From contig JANOSY010000002.1 of NCBI GenBank assembly GCA_031416075.1, positions 1 through 64,000 of the forward strand: 64,000 bases of DNA, read 5' to 3'. Below, piece after piece: positions 1 to 11,132 of this stretch. Numbering within the stretch: the stretch's first letter is position 1; the number at the start of each line of letters is the position of its first letter. The notes under the pieces are model-generated. The model worked only from the letters and a program-made list of their open reading frames with translations. It was not told the DNA's origin and made no database searches. The translations under genes and the position numbers were made by a program. The DNA is from Candidatus Tenderia sp. GTDB lineage: Bacteria > Pseudomonadota > Gammaproteobacteria > Tenderiales > Tenderiaceae.

Positions 1-1411
<1,411 letters not shown>

Positions 1412-1554
1412 GTTATGAAGTTTGCGTTGGCCTGTCTGTTATTTTGGTAGGGGTGTAGACTTGGTTTTGTAGAGTGTTAGGTTGGTTAACCTTAATTTAT
1501 GTTGCGGTCCTGGATGTGAAAGGGCTGGCGGTTGAAAACGGGAGCTTTCAATCA

Positions 1555-2157
1555 ATGTTGAAAATGGATTTTAGATATCTGCTGTTAAGTGTCTGTCTGG
1601 TCAGTGGCAACGCCTTTGCTGCCGCCATCGGTATGCCTGAACAAGCGGGGCGTTGGGGCTATTCACTCGGTGTGGCCTACGCCACGGTTGATGATCCTGA
1701 TGCCGCGACTCGTCACGACTGGGCGTTACGCCCGCTGAATCTTGTCTATACCGACACCTGGCGTTACGACACCCGTTACTGGAGCGAGCTGTTCTACCAG
1801 GAGAGTGCGCTGGATGCGGCACCGGGCAAGATCGGTCAGGAGTCCAGGCAGCTGGGGGCGCGGCTCTCTCTGCAAAAAAGTGTGCTGCTGAGTCCGGCGA
1901 TTGTGCCGTGGCTGGGGGCGGGGTTACAGCTCTCCTATGATCAATTCCACAAACGCCATACTGTTGATGGTGATGGTTACCTGATTGGTGCCTATCCTGA
2001 TCGTGATGGGCTTCAGGCCGCGCTGTTGCTGAATATGGTGCTGGAGCGGCGTATCACCCCCCATTGGGAGGGGGCGCTTAAGCTGGAGCAGGCGCTACCA
2101 CTGACTGAGGGTGTGAGTGAGTTTGTCGTCTCCGCCGTACTGCTCTACCGTTATTAG
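1555..2157 (+). CDS. small outer-membrane beta-barrel protein
   Basis: Signal peptide ending GNAFA, alternating amphipathic strands, C-terminal aromatic beta-signal (VLLYRY). Start chosen near GGAG at 1541. Confidence 0.65.
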   Translation: MLKMDFRYLLLSVCLVSGNAFAAAIGMPEQAGRWGYSLGVAYATVDDPDAATRHDWALRPLNLVYTDTWRYDTRYWSELFYQESALDAAPGKIGQESRQLGARLSLQKSVLLSPAIVPWLGAGLQLSYDQFHKRHTVDGDGYLIGAYPDRDGLQAALLLNMVLERRITPHWEGALKLEQALPLTEGVSEFVVSAVLLYRY

Positions 2158-2167
2158 GGTGACTGCT

Positions 2168-5149
2168 ATGTTGCATAAGGGATTAACAGCTGGGGTGTGG
2201 ATGGCGGCAGCAGTGGCGCTCTCTTCGTGTAATGGCGTGCCCGGCAGCTCTGGTGTTGAGATTCCATCTCAGCGCCCCACCGGTACAGTCAGTGGCTTTG
2301 TGGTGGATGACCCCATCGCCGCTGCGAATGTTCGGGTGTTTGCCTTTGACGACGGGGTGAAAGGGGCGCTGCTGGCCAGCACTATTACTGATAGCACGGG
2401 TGCATATTCCCTTGAATTACGTTCCAAAGACCGCCCGGTACTGGTTGAGATCAGCGGTGGTTATTACAACGAACTGTTGAGTGGTCAGCGTATCGAACTG
2501 AGTGGTGCACAGCAGCTGACGGCGGTGAGCGACTATCGTTCTGGCCAACCGTTGACCACCATGGTCACCCCGCTGACCCATCTGGCGGCAGCGTTGGCAC
2601 AATACAAAATTGCTCAGGGGGGCACGGTACAGGCGGCCATTACTGCCGCCAATCGTGAGGTATCGCAGCTGTTTGGTGTGGACGTGGTGGCGACCTTTCC
2701 GCGCAGTATTGCCGAGTCTGGCCAGGGGAGTCCCTTAAGCAGCGAACAGCTGTATGGGTTTCAGCTGGCGGCGCTAGCCAGTTGGTCTCAGTGGGCCAGT
2801 GACCAGAATGGGGTAGCCGCACAATCCACTTTCAGTACTATTGCTTTAAGTCAGTTGATGGCGGCAGATCTGCGGGCCGATGGTCGCCTTGATGGCCGGG
2901 GGTTGAATCTAAACGGTGATGGTTTGATGGATCTGGCGTTTGGTATTGTGCCGCTGAATGCAGATTTCTATCGGGTGGGGCTGGCGCAGCAGCTGCTGAC
3001 CATGGCGGCCCATCCACTGAACCGGACCGCCGCCGCTGCCAGTGATCTGTTGCCGGTGGCGCAGGGCATGGCTACCAGAGGTGCGGCGCTGCTGCCTGTG
3101 CCTGCCAGTAACAGCGTGGGCAGTTTTAATATCTATTCGGTGGAGCCGGAGAGTTTTTACCATAACGGTACGATTGAGTTTGCGCTGCTGGTTGACCACC
3201 CCAGTGCGGTGGCTGCTGTCCGTTTTGAGCTGGATGGTCTCTGGATCGGCGATGCCGCCAATCCCGCTACGCCAACAATTCGTATTGATACCACCGCCTA
3301 TCGCGATGGCCCACACCAGTTGCAAGTTACGGCAAAAAGCCAGTTGGGTAATGAGGTCGTCCGCAGCTTTACATTGAATATTGATAACAGCGTCCCCTTT
3401 ATTAACCTGACCTCTGTGCCGGTCACCAATCAGCAAGACTATCTGGCCACCTTTACCGTGGGGGATACCAGCGCCGGTGTCTGGCGTCTGCTGGTTCAGG
3501 GCCAACAGATACCGTTGCAACAGGGTAAGGGGCAGGTGGCGCTGACGCTGAGTGTTGGCAGAAACAGTATTCCGGTCACCATCATCGATGTTGCCGGGAA
3601 CCGCCACGACACCGAAATGGTTGTTGCCTTGGACCAGACCGCACCGCAGTTTGGGGTGGGGGGTGGTCACAGTCAGGCGCAATTTGATCAGGCCGGCAGT
3701 GTTACCCGTGCCCCGCTGCAAGATGACAACGGGGTACCGCTGCGCATAGAAACAGCGCGGGCCGATCTGGATGGGGCTGCGATCAATCGTGCGGTACTCG
3801 ACAGCAGTGCCATCCCCTATTTTGCCCTGAGTGCCAGTGATCCACTGCTCGATGGAGTGGGTTCCGGCAGCAAGGTAAAGGTCGAAGCGCGTTATGAAAA
3901 AGAGGGGGTGGCAATCGACGGTTGGCGCACGGTTGCTGCCGTTGGCACGGAGTACCTGGTGCCGCTGGCGACAGAGACCCTGGCACCGGCATGGCTGGAG
4001 GCGACACCAGCTGTCACTCAGGGGGTGCGGGTACGCCTGACGGACGAAGTGGGCAATAGCAGTGAAAAGCTGTTTAGCTTTAAAACCAGTTTTGTGGTCT
4101 CGCCATTTACCCTGAAACCGGTGGCTGATTTAGGCGAGAGCTTTTTTGGCAGCACGGGTTTTAACAGTCGGGCTGCACTGCATGACAGACGTTTTGCCGC
4201 CAACAGTTATAGCTTTACCAACAATACCGGCAAGGCGTTTTATCTTCGTCCCAGCGAGGCTGCCAGCCACAGCGCCAGCCGCCATGTAGAGACGCTGGTA
4301 CGTAAACATAACGTCCGGTTGAAAACAGCCACAGAGTGGCAGGCACGTGCGGTTGTCAGTACGGTTACCAATACCTGCCCCGTGCTGGGGGAGTATCAGG
4401 CCGTGGCCGAGATTCAAAACCATACCAGCAGTGGCTGGCAGGCGCAGCAACCCCCAGCAGTGGTATTGGGGGTTGAGGCGTTGGTGAGCAGTGACACTCC
4501 AACGCTGCCCACCGACCATGGTGTCTGGAGCAATCTGCCCCATTTTGATGGCGAGTTTGCAACGGCTGATATTAACGTTGATGAAGCCGTCTACAGCTTT
4601 ACCTTTGACTATTTAGTCGCGGGTGACAGTGTAACGGCCCCACTGTCACCGCTCTATCTTGCCAGTTGGACAAAATCGGTCGACTCTCCGGGCGACTGCC
4701 CCGAACTTGGCCCGGTATTGCAGCAACGAAAACAGTATGAGTATGAGTCACTAAAAATTGATGAGATACAGACCCCCGCCAATTTTTACGCCAGTGAGAG
4801 TGAACAGAAGGGGTTTTCTGGCACACAGTTTATTGTGCATAACGACGACACGGATCAGCCGATTGTGGATATTGCGGGCTGGTACCTGATCCCCGCCAAC
4901 CACACCATCACCATTACCAAAACATTGCAGACCCCAGAGCTGGTTGTTGATAATGATCTTGATGTTGTCAGTGGGGCACCTGTTGTGGGTTATACCCCCC
5001 ATCGTTATGACAAACGGATAGAGTGGAATATTGGCCGCGAAATCACCTTGACCGCTGTTCACAACGCCGGGTATGACAATCTGCCCGCCATGAGCAGCAG
5101 AACTGTCACCGTGGGCACCGGCCAGCGGCAGTACCAGATCAGCCGTTGA
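2168..5149 (+). CDS. large (~990 aa) lipoprotein with Ig-like domains
   Basis: Lipobox LSS-C; carboxypeptidase-regulatory-like N-domain; Ig/Big-type motif (IDTTAYRDGPHQLQVTA...IDN). Confidence 0.75.
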   Translation: MLHKGLTAGVWMAAAVALSSCNGVPGSSGVEIPSQRPTGTVSGFVVDDPIAAANVRVFAFDDGVKGALLASTITDSTGAYSLELRSKDRPVLVEISGGYYNELLSGQRIELSGAQQLTAVSDYRSGQPLTTMVTPLTHLAAALAQYKIAQGGTVQAAITAANREVSQLFGVDVVATFPRSIAESGQGSPLSSEQLYGFQLAALASWSQWASDQNGVAAQSTFSTIALSQLMAADLRADGRLDGRGLNLNGDGLMDLAFGIVPLNADFYRVGLAQQLLTMAAHPLNRTAAAASDLLPVAQGMATRGAALLPVPASNSVGSFNIYSVEPESFYHNGTIEFALLVDHPSAVAAVRFELDGLWIGDAANPATPTIRIDTTAYRDGPHQLQVTAKSQLGNEVVRSFTLNIDNSVPFINLTSVPVTNQQDYLATFTVGDTSAGVWRLLVQGQQIPLQQGKGQVALTLSVGRNSIPVTIIDVAGNRHDTEMVVALDQTAPQFGVGGGHSQAQFDQAGSVTRAPLQDDNGVPLRIETARADLDGAAINRAVLDSSAIPYFALSASDPLLDGVGSGSKVKVEARYEKEGVAIDGWRTVAAVGTEYLVPLATETLAPAWLEATPAVTQGVRVRLTDEVGNSSEKLFSFKTSFVVSPFTLKPVADLGESFFGSTGFNSRAALHDRRFAANSYSFTNNTGKAFYLRPSEAASHSASRHVETLVRKHNVRLKTATEWQARAVVSTVTNTCPVLGEYQAVAEIQNHTSSGWQAQQPPAVVLGVEALVSSDTPTLPTDHGVWSNLPHFDGEFATADINVDEAVYSFTFDYLVAGDSVTAPLSPLYLASWTKSVDSPGDCPELGPVLQQRKQYEYESLKIDEIQTPANFYASESEQKGFSGTQFIVHNDDTDQPIVDIAGWYLIPANHTITITKTLQTPELVVDNDLDVVSGAPVVGYTPHRYDKRIEWNIGREITLTAVHNAGYDNLPAMSSRTVTVGTGQRQYQISR

Positions 5150-5155
5150 CGAGCC

Positions 5156-5195
5156 GTGCGTTAATTGGGAGGTGTCTCCTTTAACGCACCTTTTT
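5156..5195 (+). terminator. probable intrinsic terminator
   Basis: GTGCGTTAA...TTAACGCAC stem followed by a T run, just after the lipoprotein stop. Confidence 0.65.
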
Positions 5196-5281
5196 ACAAC
5201 CATGACTGAGTCGGTTTTAACGGGGTCATAGGGTAGAATAGCGCCACACCACGGCAATGGATCGGACCCGTCACTCCCCTT

Positions 5282-6052
5282 ATGTATCAACGCATCTCTC
5301 TGGAACCCGCCTACGTCCTGCACCAGCGCCCCTATCAGGATAGTGGCTTGCTGCTGGAGGTGTTCACTCTTAACCATGGTCGTGTGGGGTTGGTGGCACG
5401 GGGGGTGCGAAAACCCAAGGGGCGCTGGCAGTCGCTGTTACAGCCGTTTGTGCCGCTGCTGCTCTCCTGGTCGGGACGTGGTGAGTTGGGCACACTGGTG
5501 GATGCTGAAATGGAAGGGGCTGCCTATCCACTGAAAGGTTCGCTGGTATTGAGTGGGTTCTATCTCAACGAACTGTTAACACGGCTACTGCATCGCCACG
5601 ATCCCCACCCCGAACTGTTTGACTACTATCAGGCGTTGCTGCGGCGGTTAAGCCCGTTGGAGGATAGCGGTGGCCAGCAGTTGCAACAGTGGCTGCGGCT
5701 GTTTGAAATGCGGCTGCTGGAAGAGATGGGTTATGCGTTAGTATTGGAACATGACGTCATCACTGGTGCTGCCATCAATACAGAGATCAACTACAGCTAC
5801 CAGCTGGGGGCCGGACCGGTGGCCGTCACCGAGGGGTTGCTTGTGGTCAGGGGGCGTTCGTTACTGGCGTTAGCTGCAGGTGATCTGGCAGAGATTGAGG
5901 TATTGCGTGATGCCAAACGGTTGATGCGCGCCGCGCTGGACCAGCAGCTGGGCGGGCGCCCCCTGCACAGCCGGCAATTGCTGATAGATCTACAACGGAC
6001 CACTGGCGCGGCTGCGGCGCAGAGTGCCAATCTACATAAAACAGAGGAGTAA
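5282..6052 (+). CDS. recO: DNA repair protein RecO
   Basis: [20 protein letters not shown]...GRVGLVARG motif; adjacent to pdxJ. Confidence 0.96.
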   Translation: MYQRISLEPAYVLHQRPYQDSGLLLEVFTLNHGRVGLVARGVRKPKGRWQSLLQPFVPLLLSWSGRGELGTLVDAEMEGAAYPLKGSLVLSGFYLNELLTRLLHRHDPHPELFDYYQALLRRLSPLEDSGGQQLQQWLRLFEMRLLEEMGYALVLEHDVITGAAINTEINYSYQLGAGPVAVTEGLLVVRGRSLLALAAGDLAEIEVLRDAKRLMRAALDQQLGGRPLHSRQLLIDLQRTTGAAAAQSANLHKTEE

Positions 6053-6053
6053 A

Positions 6054-6782
6054 ATGATGTATCTGGGTGTAAATATCGACCATGTAGCCACGCTGCGCCA
6101 GGTGCGTGGTACCCGTTATCCCGATCCGATCCAGGCGGCCATCGAATCAGAACAGGCCGGGGCAGATCTTATTACCCTGCACCTGCGCGAAGATCGTCGC
6201 CACATCAATGAACGCGACGTAGAGGCGCTGAAAGGCATACTGCTGACACGCATGAATCTGGAGATGGCGGTGACCGATGAGATGCTGCATATCGCCTCCC
6301 GAATCAAACCTGAAGATTGTTGCCTGGTACCCGAACGGCGCGAAGAGCTAACCACAGAGGGTGGACTGGATGTACTGGGACAAAAGTCACGGATTCGTGA
6401 TGCCTGCCAGCAGCTGGCGGAAGCGGGTGTGCGGGTATCACTTTTTATTGGCCCCGATCTGGCACAGATTGACGCTGCTATTGAGGTCGGTGCCCCCGTC
6501 ATAGAGATCCACACCGGCCACTTTGCCAACCTGGAAGAGCGCCACGCCAAAGAAAAAGAGTATCAGCGTATCGTTGCCGCCGCCGAACACGCCACCGCCG
6601 CCGGGCTCTGTGTAAATGCCGGTCACGGCCTAAACTATCAAAACGTCGCCACCATCGCCGCCATCCCCCAGCTGCGTGAACTCAACATTGGCCACGCCAT
6701 TATCGCCCGCGCTATTTTTACCGGGCTGCAACCCGCCGTTAGTGAAATGAAACGGCTAATGCTGGATGCACGACGCAAATGA
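6054..6782 (+). CDS. pdxJ: pyridoxine 5'-phosphate synthase
   Basis: [26 protein letters not shown] and ELNIGH motifs. Confidence 0.98.
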   Translation: MMYLGVNIDHVATLRQVRGTRYPDPIQAAIESEQAGADLITLHLREDRRHINERDVEALKGILLTRMNLEMAVTDEMLHIASRIKPEDCCLVPERREELTTEGGLDVLGQKSRIRDACQQLAEAGVRVSLFIGPDLAQIDAAIEVGAPVIEIHTGHFANLEERHAKEKEYQRIVAAAEHATAAGLCVNAGHGLNYQNVATIAAIPQLRELNIGHAIIARAIFTGLQPAVSEMKRLMLDARRK

Positions 6783-7159
6783 TCTTTGGTATCGGTACCG
6801 ATATCGTCGCCATCGCCAGAATCGCCCAAGGGCTGGAACGCCACGGCGACAGATTTGCCGAGCGGATTCTGGCGGCATCGGAGCTGGAAGGCTACCGTAA
6901 TGCGGCCAGACCCGTCAGCTACCTTGCCAAACGGTTTGCCGCCAAAGAGGCGATGGCCAAAGCCCTGGGCACCGGTTTTCGTGATGGGCTATCACTGCAA
7001 CACATCGCCGTCGGTCATGACGAAAAAGGCAAACCCCTGATCGAAGTGAATGGCCGCGCCGAAACACTCTGCCGCGAACTGGGCATCGGCGCACGTCATA
7101 TCAGCATCTCCGATGAAGAGGCGTATGCAGTCGCGTTTGTGACGCTGTTGCTTGAGTAG
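6779..7159 (+). CDS. acpS: holo-ACP synthase
   Basis: GIGTDIV, RFAAKEA and ISISDE motifs. Confidence 0.97.
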   Translation: MIFGIGTDIVAIARIAQGLERHGDRFAERILAASELEGYRNAARPVSYLAKRFAAKEAMAKALGTGFRDGLSLQHIAVGHDEKGKPLIEVNGRAETLCRELGIGARHISISDEEAYAVAFVTLLLE

Positions 7160-7191
7160 CGTAGGTGCAATACAAATAGATGGGGATATTA

Positions 7192-7228
7192 GGTAACCGC
7201 TGAATAACCTTGCTCGCCCTGAGCCTTG
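7192..7228 (+). mobile_element. isolated end of the MITE family also seen at 9203 and 16027
   Basis: GGTAACCGCTGAATAACCTTGCTCGCCCTGAGCC resembles the reverse complement of the right end of 9203-9344; preceded by TTA. Confidence 0.55.
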
Positions 7229-7334
7229 ATGTGGCCTAATAAAACAGCACAGATGCCCCAGCATGGACATTGACCGTGGCGCAGCCGGTTGATATAGAAT
7301 CCCGTCTTTCAGCAGTCTTAACTTGAGGAATACC

Positions 7335-8444
7335 ATGTCTCACACCCAGATAATCTGGATCAAGGCCGAGCAGGCGCAGGTACCACTGACCCCCGCCCAG
7401 AAGAAGTTCAACGGTCTGATCAAAAAAATTGACGTACAGAAAAAGTTGCTGGCCGAATGGCAGGAGAGCCTCTCGCTTTGCCAGCAGGAGGCGGTGACAA
7501 AACTGGAGCCGGTGCGCAAAATCCTGAGTGAACATCAGGCGGAGATGGTGCTGCTGCTGGATCAGATGTTCACCCAGCATAAATTCACCCGCGGCCAGCA
7601 AGAGAAACTTGCCTACCTGATCTGCGAAGCCTGCGATGAACTCATCAGCCAGCACCAGCGCGACGACCTGAAACCGCTCTACAATAGATACAGCCGGAAC
7701 GGCTTCGATGAGCAGGCGCAGGAGATGGACGAAATGGCGGCGGAGCTTCTGAAAAAGAAGGTGCAAGAGGAGTTTGGCATTGAGCTGGATGATGAAATGG
7801 AGTTCGACCCCCGTGACCCGCGCGGTACCGCTGAGAGGCTGGCTGAAAAATTCAGACAGCAGCAGGAGCAAGCCGAGGCCGCCCGTCCCAAACGCAAGAA
7901 AACCGCCAAACAGCTGGCCAAAGAGGCGCGTGAGCAGGAGGAGGCCACCCATGTCAGCAAGTCGATCCAGGCCGTCTACCGCCAGCTGGTGGCGGCCCTG
8001 CACCCTGATCGCGAGCCGGACCCTGTTGAGCGCGAGCGCAAGACCGGGCTGATGCAGAAGGTGACCGTCGCCTACGGCAACAAGGATCTGCTGCAACTGC
8101 TGGAACTGCAACTGGCCATCGAGCAGATCGATCAGGGCGGACTCAACACCATCGCCGAAGATCGCCTCAAACACTACAACAAGCTGCTGCAAAACCAGTT
8201 CGATGAACTGCGCGAAGAGGTGATGCTGATGGAGATGCAGATCGGCACCATGATGCAGGTCAGCCCCTTCGAAGTGCTGACGCCCAAACGTATTGCCCGG
8301 ATGCTTGAAGCGGATATCCGCACGGTGCGAGAGATGATCCCCCGCATTCAGGAGGAGCTGCGGCGGTTCCAGGATGTGCAGCAGCTCAAGCAATGGTTGA
8401 AAGGCTACCGGATTCCTGAACCGGAGTTTGATCCATTTTTTTAA
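7335..8444 (+). CDS. coiled-coil protein with C-terminal J-domain (DnaJ-like)
   Basis: VYRQLVAALHPDREPD...MQKVTVAY contains the HPD motif; remainder is helical. Confidence 0.8.
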   Translation: MSHTQIIWIKAEQAQVPLTPAQKKFNGLIKKIDVQKKLLAEWQESLSLCQQEAVTKLEPVRKILSEHQAEMVLLLDQMFTQHKFTRGQQEKLAYLICEACDELISQHQRDDLKPLYNRYSRNGFDEQAQEMDEMAAELLKKKVQEEFGIELDDEMEFDPRDPRGTAERLAEKFRQQQEQAEAARPKRKKTAKQLAKEAREQEEATHVSKSIQAVYRQLVAALHPDREPDPVERERKTGLMQKVTVAYGNKDLLQLLELQLAIEQIDQGGLNTIAEDRLKHYNKLLQNQFDELREEVMLMEMQIGTMMQVSPFEVLTPKRIARMLEADIRTVREMIPRIQEELRRFQDVQQLKQWLKGYRIPEPEFDPFF

Positions 8445-8499
8445 GTGATACGGCCACTTGGGTTCAGGTAAAGTGCAAGATCATGTCGATGGCGGCGTT

Positions 8500-9142
8500 A
8501 TAAATATAAAAATATTGTTTTCGGTATTGCGATGGCCATCAGTTGGGTGGCGCATGCTGGTTTTGATGAAGGGGTGTCTGCCGCCAACTCCGGAGATTTC
8601 AGGAAGGCCTTTGAAGAGTGGTTGCCACTGGCGGAGCAGGGGGATGCCAACGCCCAATTTAACCTCGGCCTCATGTACAAAAATGGCCAAGGTGTGCCGC
8701 AGGATTACAAAAAGGCGGTGGTCTGGTTTCGTCAAGCGGCGGGGCAGGGTAATGCCTCGGCCCAATTTGGCCTCGGCACCATGTACTACATCGGCCAAGG
8801 TGTGCCGCAGGATTACAAAGAGGCGGTGGTCTGGTATCGCCAGGCGGCGGAGCAGGGCAATGCCAAAGCCCAAAACATCCTCGGCGCGATGTATGAGTAT
8901 GGAGGGGTGTGCCACCGTTGCGTGTGGCTGCATATGCGCTCTACAACCTGTCAGCGGCCAACGATCCTTCCAGCACCAACATGGCGGCGGACAATCGCCA
9001 GCGGGTGGCTGAATTGATGTCGGCGCAGGAGGTTGAGGCCGGGCAGGCCCTTACGCGCACGATGGCGAAACCTGGCAATCTGTTGCAAGGGCTTGATCAG
9101 TACCTCAAACAGCCTGCCGTCAAAAAGGGGGCTAAGCAGTAA
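8500..9142 (+). pseudogene. Sel1-like repeat (TPR) protein, frameshifted
   Basis: Sel1 repeats (AEQGDANAQFNLGLMYKNGQGVPQDY). Frame shifts near 8903 into PPLRVAAYALYNLSAA. Signal-peptide-like KYKNIVFGIAMAISWVAHA lacks an ATG. Confidence 0.75.
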
Positions 9143-9202
9143 CGCTAATACACCCCCGCTTGTGGCCAGGGCGAAGTGAAGTTTAACCCGAGGTTAACCT
9201 CG

Positions 9203-9344
9203 GGAACCTCGGAATAAGCCCTCCGTGCCTAAAGCACTTCGTGGTGAGCTTGTCGAACCATGAATGGAGGGTACTTAACAATCAATACGTTACACCACCA
9301 CTCCTTCGACAGGCTCAGGACGAACGGAGTTGTTCAGGGCTTCC
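9203..9344 (+). mobile_element. MITE with GGAACCTC.GAATAA-type terminal inverted repeats and internal TTCGACAGGCTCAG hairpins
   Basis: Homologous, in opposite orientation, to 16027-16185 (shared core TTAACAATCAATACGTTAC...CCTTCGACAGGCTCA). Abuts the bcp stop codon. Confidence 0.75.
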
Positions 9345-9809
9345 TTAGAGCTGTTTGATTTTATCCAGCACTGATTGGGCGTGGCCTTCGTGGTTGACGC
9401 CATACTCTACATCCGCCAGTACTCCATTTTTATCGATGATGAAGGTTGAGCGTACGATGCCCATCTTTTTTTCACCGTTCCGCTCTTTTTCCTGCCAGAC
9501 GCCGTAGCTCTTGCAGAGTTCGCCGCTGGTATCGGCGAGCAGGTCTACCTTTAGGCCAAATTTGTCGATGAAGGCGAGGTGGCTGGTGCATGAGTCCTGG
9601 CTGACGCCGAGGATGACGGTGTTGTGTTTGGAAAACTCAGTGGCCAGGGCGGTAAACTGGTTGGCCTCGATGGTGCAGCCGGGGGTGTCGTCTTTGGGGT
9701 AGAAGTAGAGGACTACATTTTTTCTGCCGCGAAACTGCCCCAGGGTGACAGGGGTGTTGTATTGGTTGGGTGAGTTGAAGTCGGGAGCGGGTTGCTGTTT
9801 TGATAACAT
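9345..9809 (-). CDS. bcp: peroxiredoxin Q / BCP
   Basis: VVLYFYPKDDTPGCTIEA and GIVRSTFIID motifs. Confidence 0.93.
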   Translation of the reverse strand: MLSKQQPAPDFNSPNQYNTPVTLGQFRGRKNVVLYFYPKDDTPGCTIEANQFTALATEFSKHNTVILGVSQDSCTSHLAFIDKFGLKVDLLADTSGELCKSYGVWQEKERNGEKKMGIVRSTFIIDKNGVLADVEYGVNHEGHAQSVLDKIKQL

Positions 9810-9867
9810 GGTGGCCTCGTCTGGATGGTGGTTAAAGTTGACGGCTAGTATACGGAATTTGCAGTGG

Positions 9868-10698
9868 TTAGTGCCAGCCGACGTGGTGACCGCGCACCAG
9901 CTGCACATTGGCATGGTGGCAGGCATCAGTAAAGGCATGGCTGTTGAGATAGTGAAACTCGTGTGTGCGGGCAGCGGCGATGGGGTCATCTGTGGTGTGG
10001 TGGGGGGTGCCTGGATGGCACATGAAGAGTGCGCCGTCCTGGGCCTGTTGTAACCAGTAATGCATTAGCGCGGCATAGTTTTGTTGTGGTGAAAAGTCGT
10101 AGATGCCACCAAAGTCCTGGTTGTGTGGCAACGAGTGGTGGTGAAGCGCCCGTTGCAGTGGCCGGGCACCTAACAGGCGGATGATCTGCGGTTTGAGTCC
10201 GGCGTGGCCGCTGGCCTGAATGTGTGCCAGGTTGCGTATGTAGGGGCGACGGTGGGGAAACCGCTGTTGATAGACCGCCAGCAGTGCGGAGCGGACCACG
10301 GGCAGTTGATGGATGTGTTGGTGGCCATCGATGAAGTCGGGTTCTCGTCCCATGCCGTCATAAAAACGGTCGAGCTGGATATTGAAGGCCTGGATGATGG
10401 TGTCTCGGTTAAGCCTGCGTAGGTAGGCGGCGGTTATCAGCCCATTCAGGGTGGTGGCGGTGGTGGCCCCCGCCAGTGCGTGGGGGTCGAGAAACGGTTC
10501 GTTGATCAGGGTCAGGTGCAGTCCAACATCGATATCGGCGCTGCTGTTGCGTAGTTGCTGTGCATCTGTGGGCCAACCGGTGGCGGCGCTCATGCAGCTG
10601 GTGGCGCTGAGCCGTCCGTTGCCTGCCAGTTGCAGGATGGCTCGGCTGATGTTGCAGTTTTGGCCGTAGTCGTCGGCACAGAGTACGATCCGTTTCAT
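9868..10698 (-). CDS. ChbG/HpnK (YdjC) family deacetylase
   Basis: CADDYG, GLHLTL, DGHQHIH and MCHPG motifs. Confidence 0.9.
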   Translation of the reverse strand: MKRIVLCADDYGQNCNISRAILQLAGNGRLSATSCMSAATGWPTDAQQLRNSSADIDVGLHLTLINEPFLDPHALAGATTATTLNGLITAAYLRRLNRDTIIQAFNIQLDRFYDGMGREPDFIDGHQHIHQLPVVRSALLAVYQQRFPHRRPYIRNLAHIQASGHAGLKPQIIRLLGARPLQRALHHHSLPHNQDFGGIYDFSPQQNYAALMHYWLQQAQDGALFMCHPGTPHHTTDDPIAAARTHEFHYLNSHAFTDACHHANVQLVRGHHVGWH

Positions 10699-10757
10699 GG
10701 TTGCCTTATGGGGATGTGGGTGAGGCTTGGCAGTGTAGTGTGCACGCAGCTGGCCGT

Positions 10758-11129
10758 TTAGCGAAAGGCCCATGCCCTGCTGAGCAGGAAGGTGATGGGG
10801 GTGACGAGTATCAATACTAAAAACAGCGCGACCAGATAGGGCAGTGTTGTGTAGTGTAAAAAGAGGAAAAAGAGCAGCTCGTTAATGGCAAAGCTGGTGG
10901 CGGCAATGGCCCAGAAGCGTGTGATGGCGCGACTGTGTGTCAGGGTGGCGCGGTTGTTAAAGGTCCAGAAGCGGTGGCCAATGTAGCTGATATTAAAGGC
11001 GCTGATAAAACCGATGATGTTGGCCAGGAGTGGCTGCAACCCCAGCGGGACCAGCAGCGCCACGACCCCCATGTGTACAGCGGCAGCGGCGGTGCCGATG
11101 GTGCCAAACTTCAGTAGCTGCTGTTTCAT
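10758..11129 (-). CDS. GtrA family flippase
   Basis: 123 aa, four TM segments, LLKFGTIG / HRFWTF / SRAWAF pattern. Confidence 0.9.
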   Translation of the reverse strand: MKQQLLKFGTIGTAAAAVHMGVVALLVPLGLQPLLANIIGFISAFNISYIGHRFWTFNNRATLTHSRAITRFWAIAATSFAINELLFFLFLHYTTLPYLVALFLVLILVTPITFLLSRAWAFR

Positions 11130-11132
11130 GGG

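Noticed and set aside
7236-8393. Long antisense ORF (also 39629-40999, 58576-59466, 2909-3721)
   Set aside because: Shadow frames of well-supported genes on the opposite strand, with no recognisable motifs.
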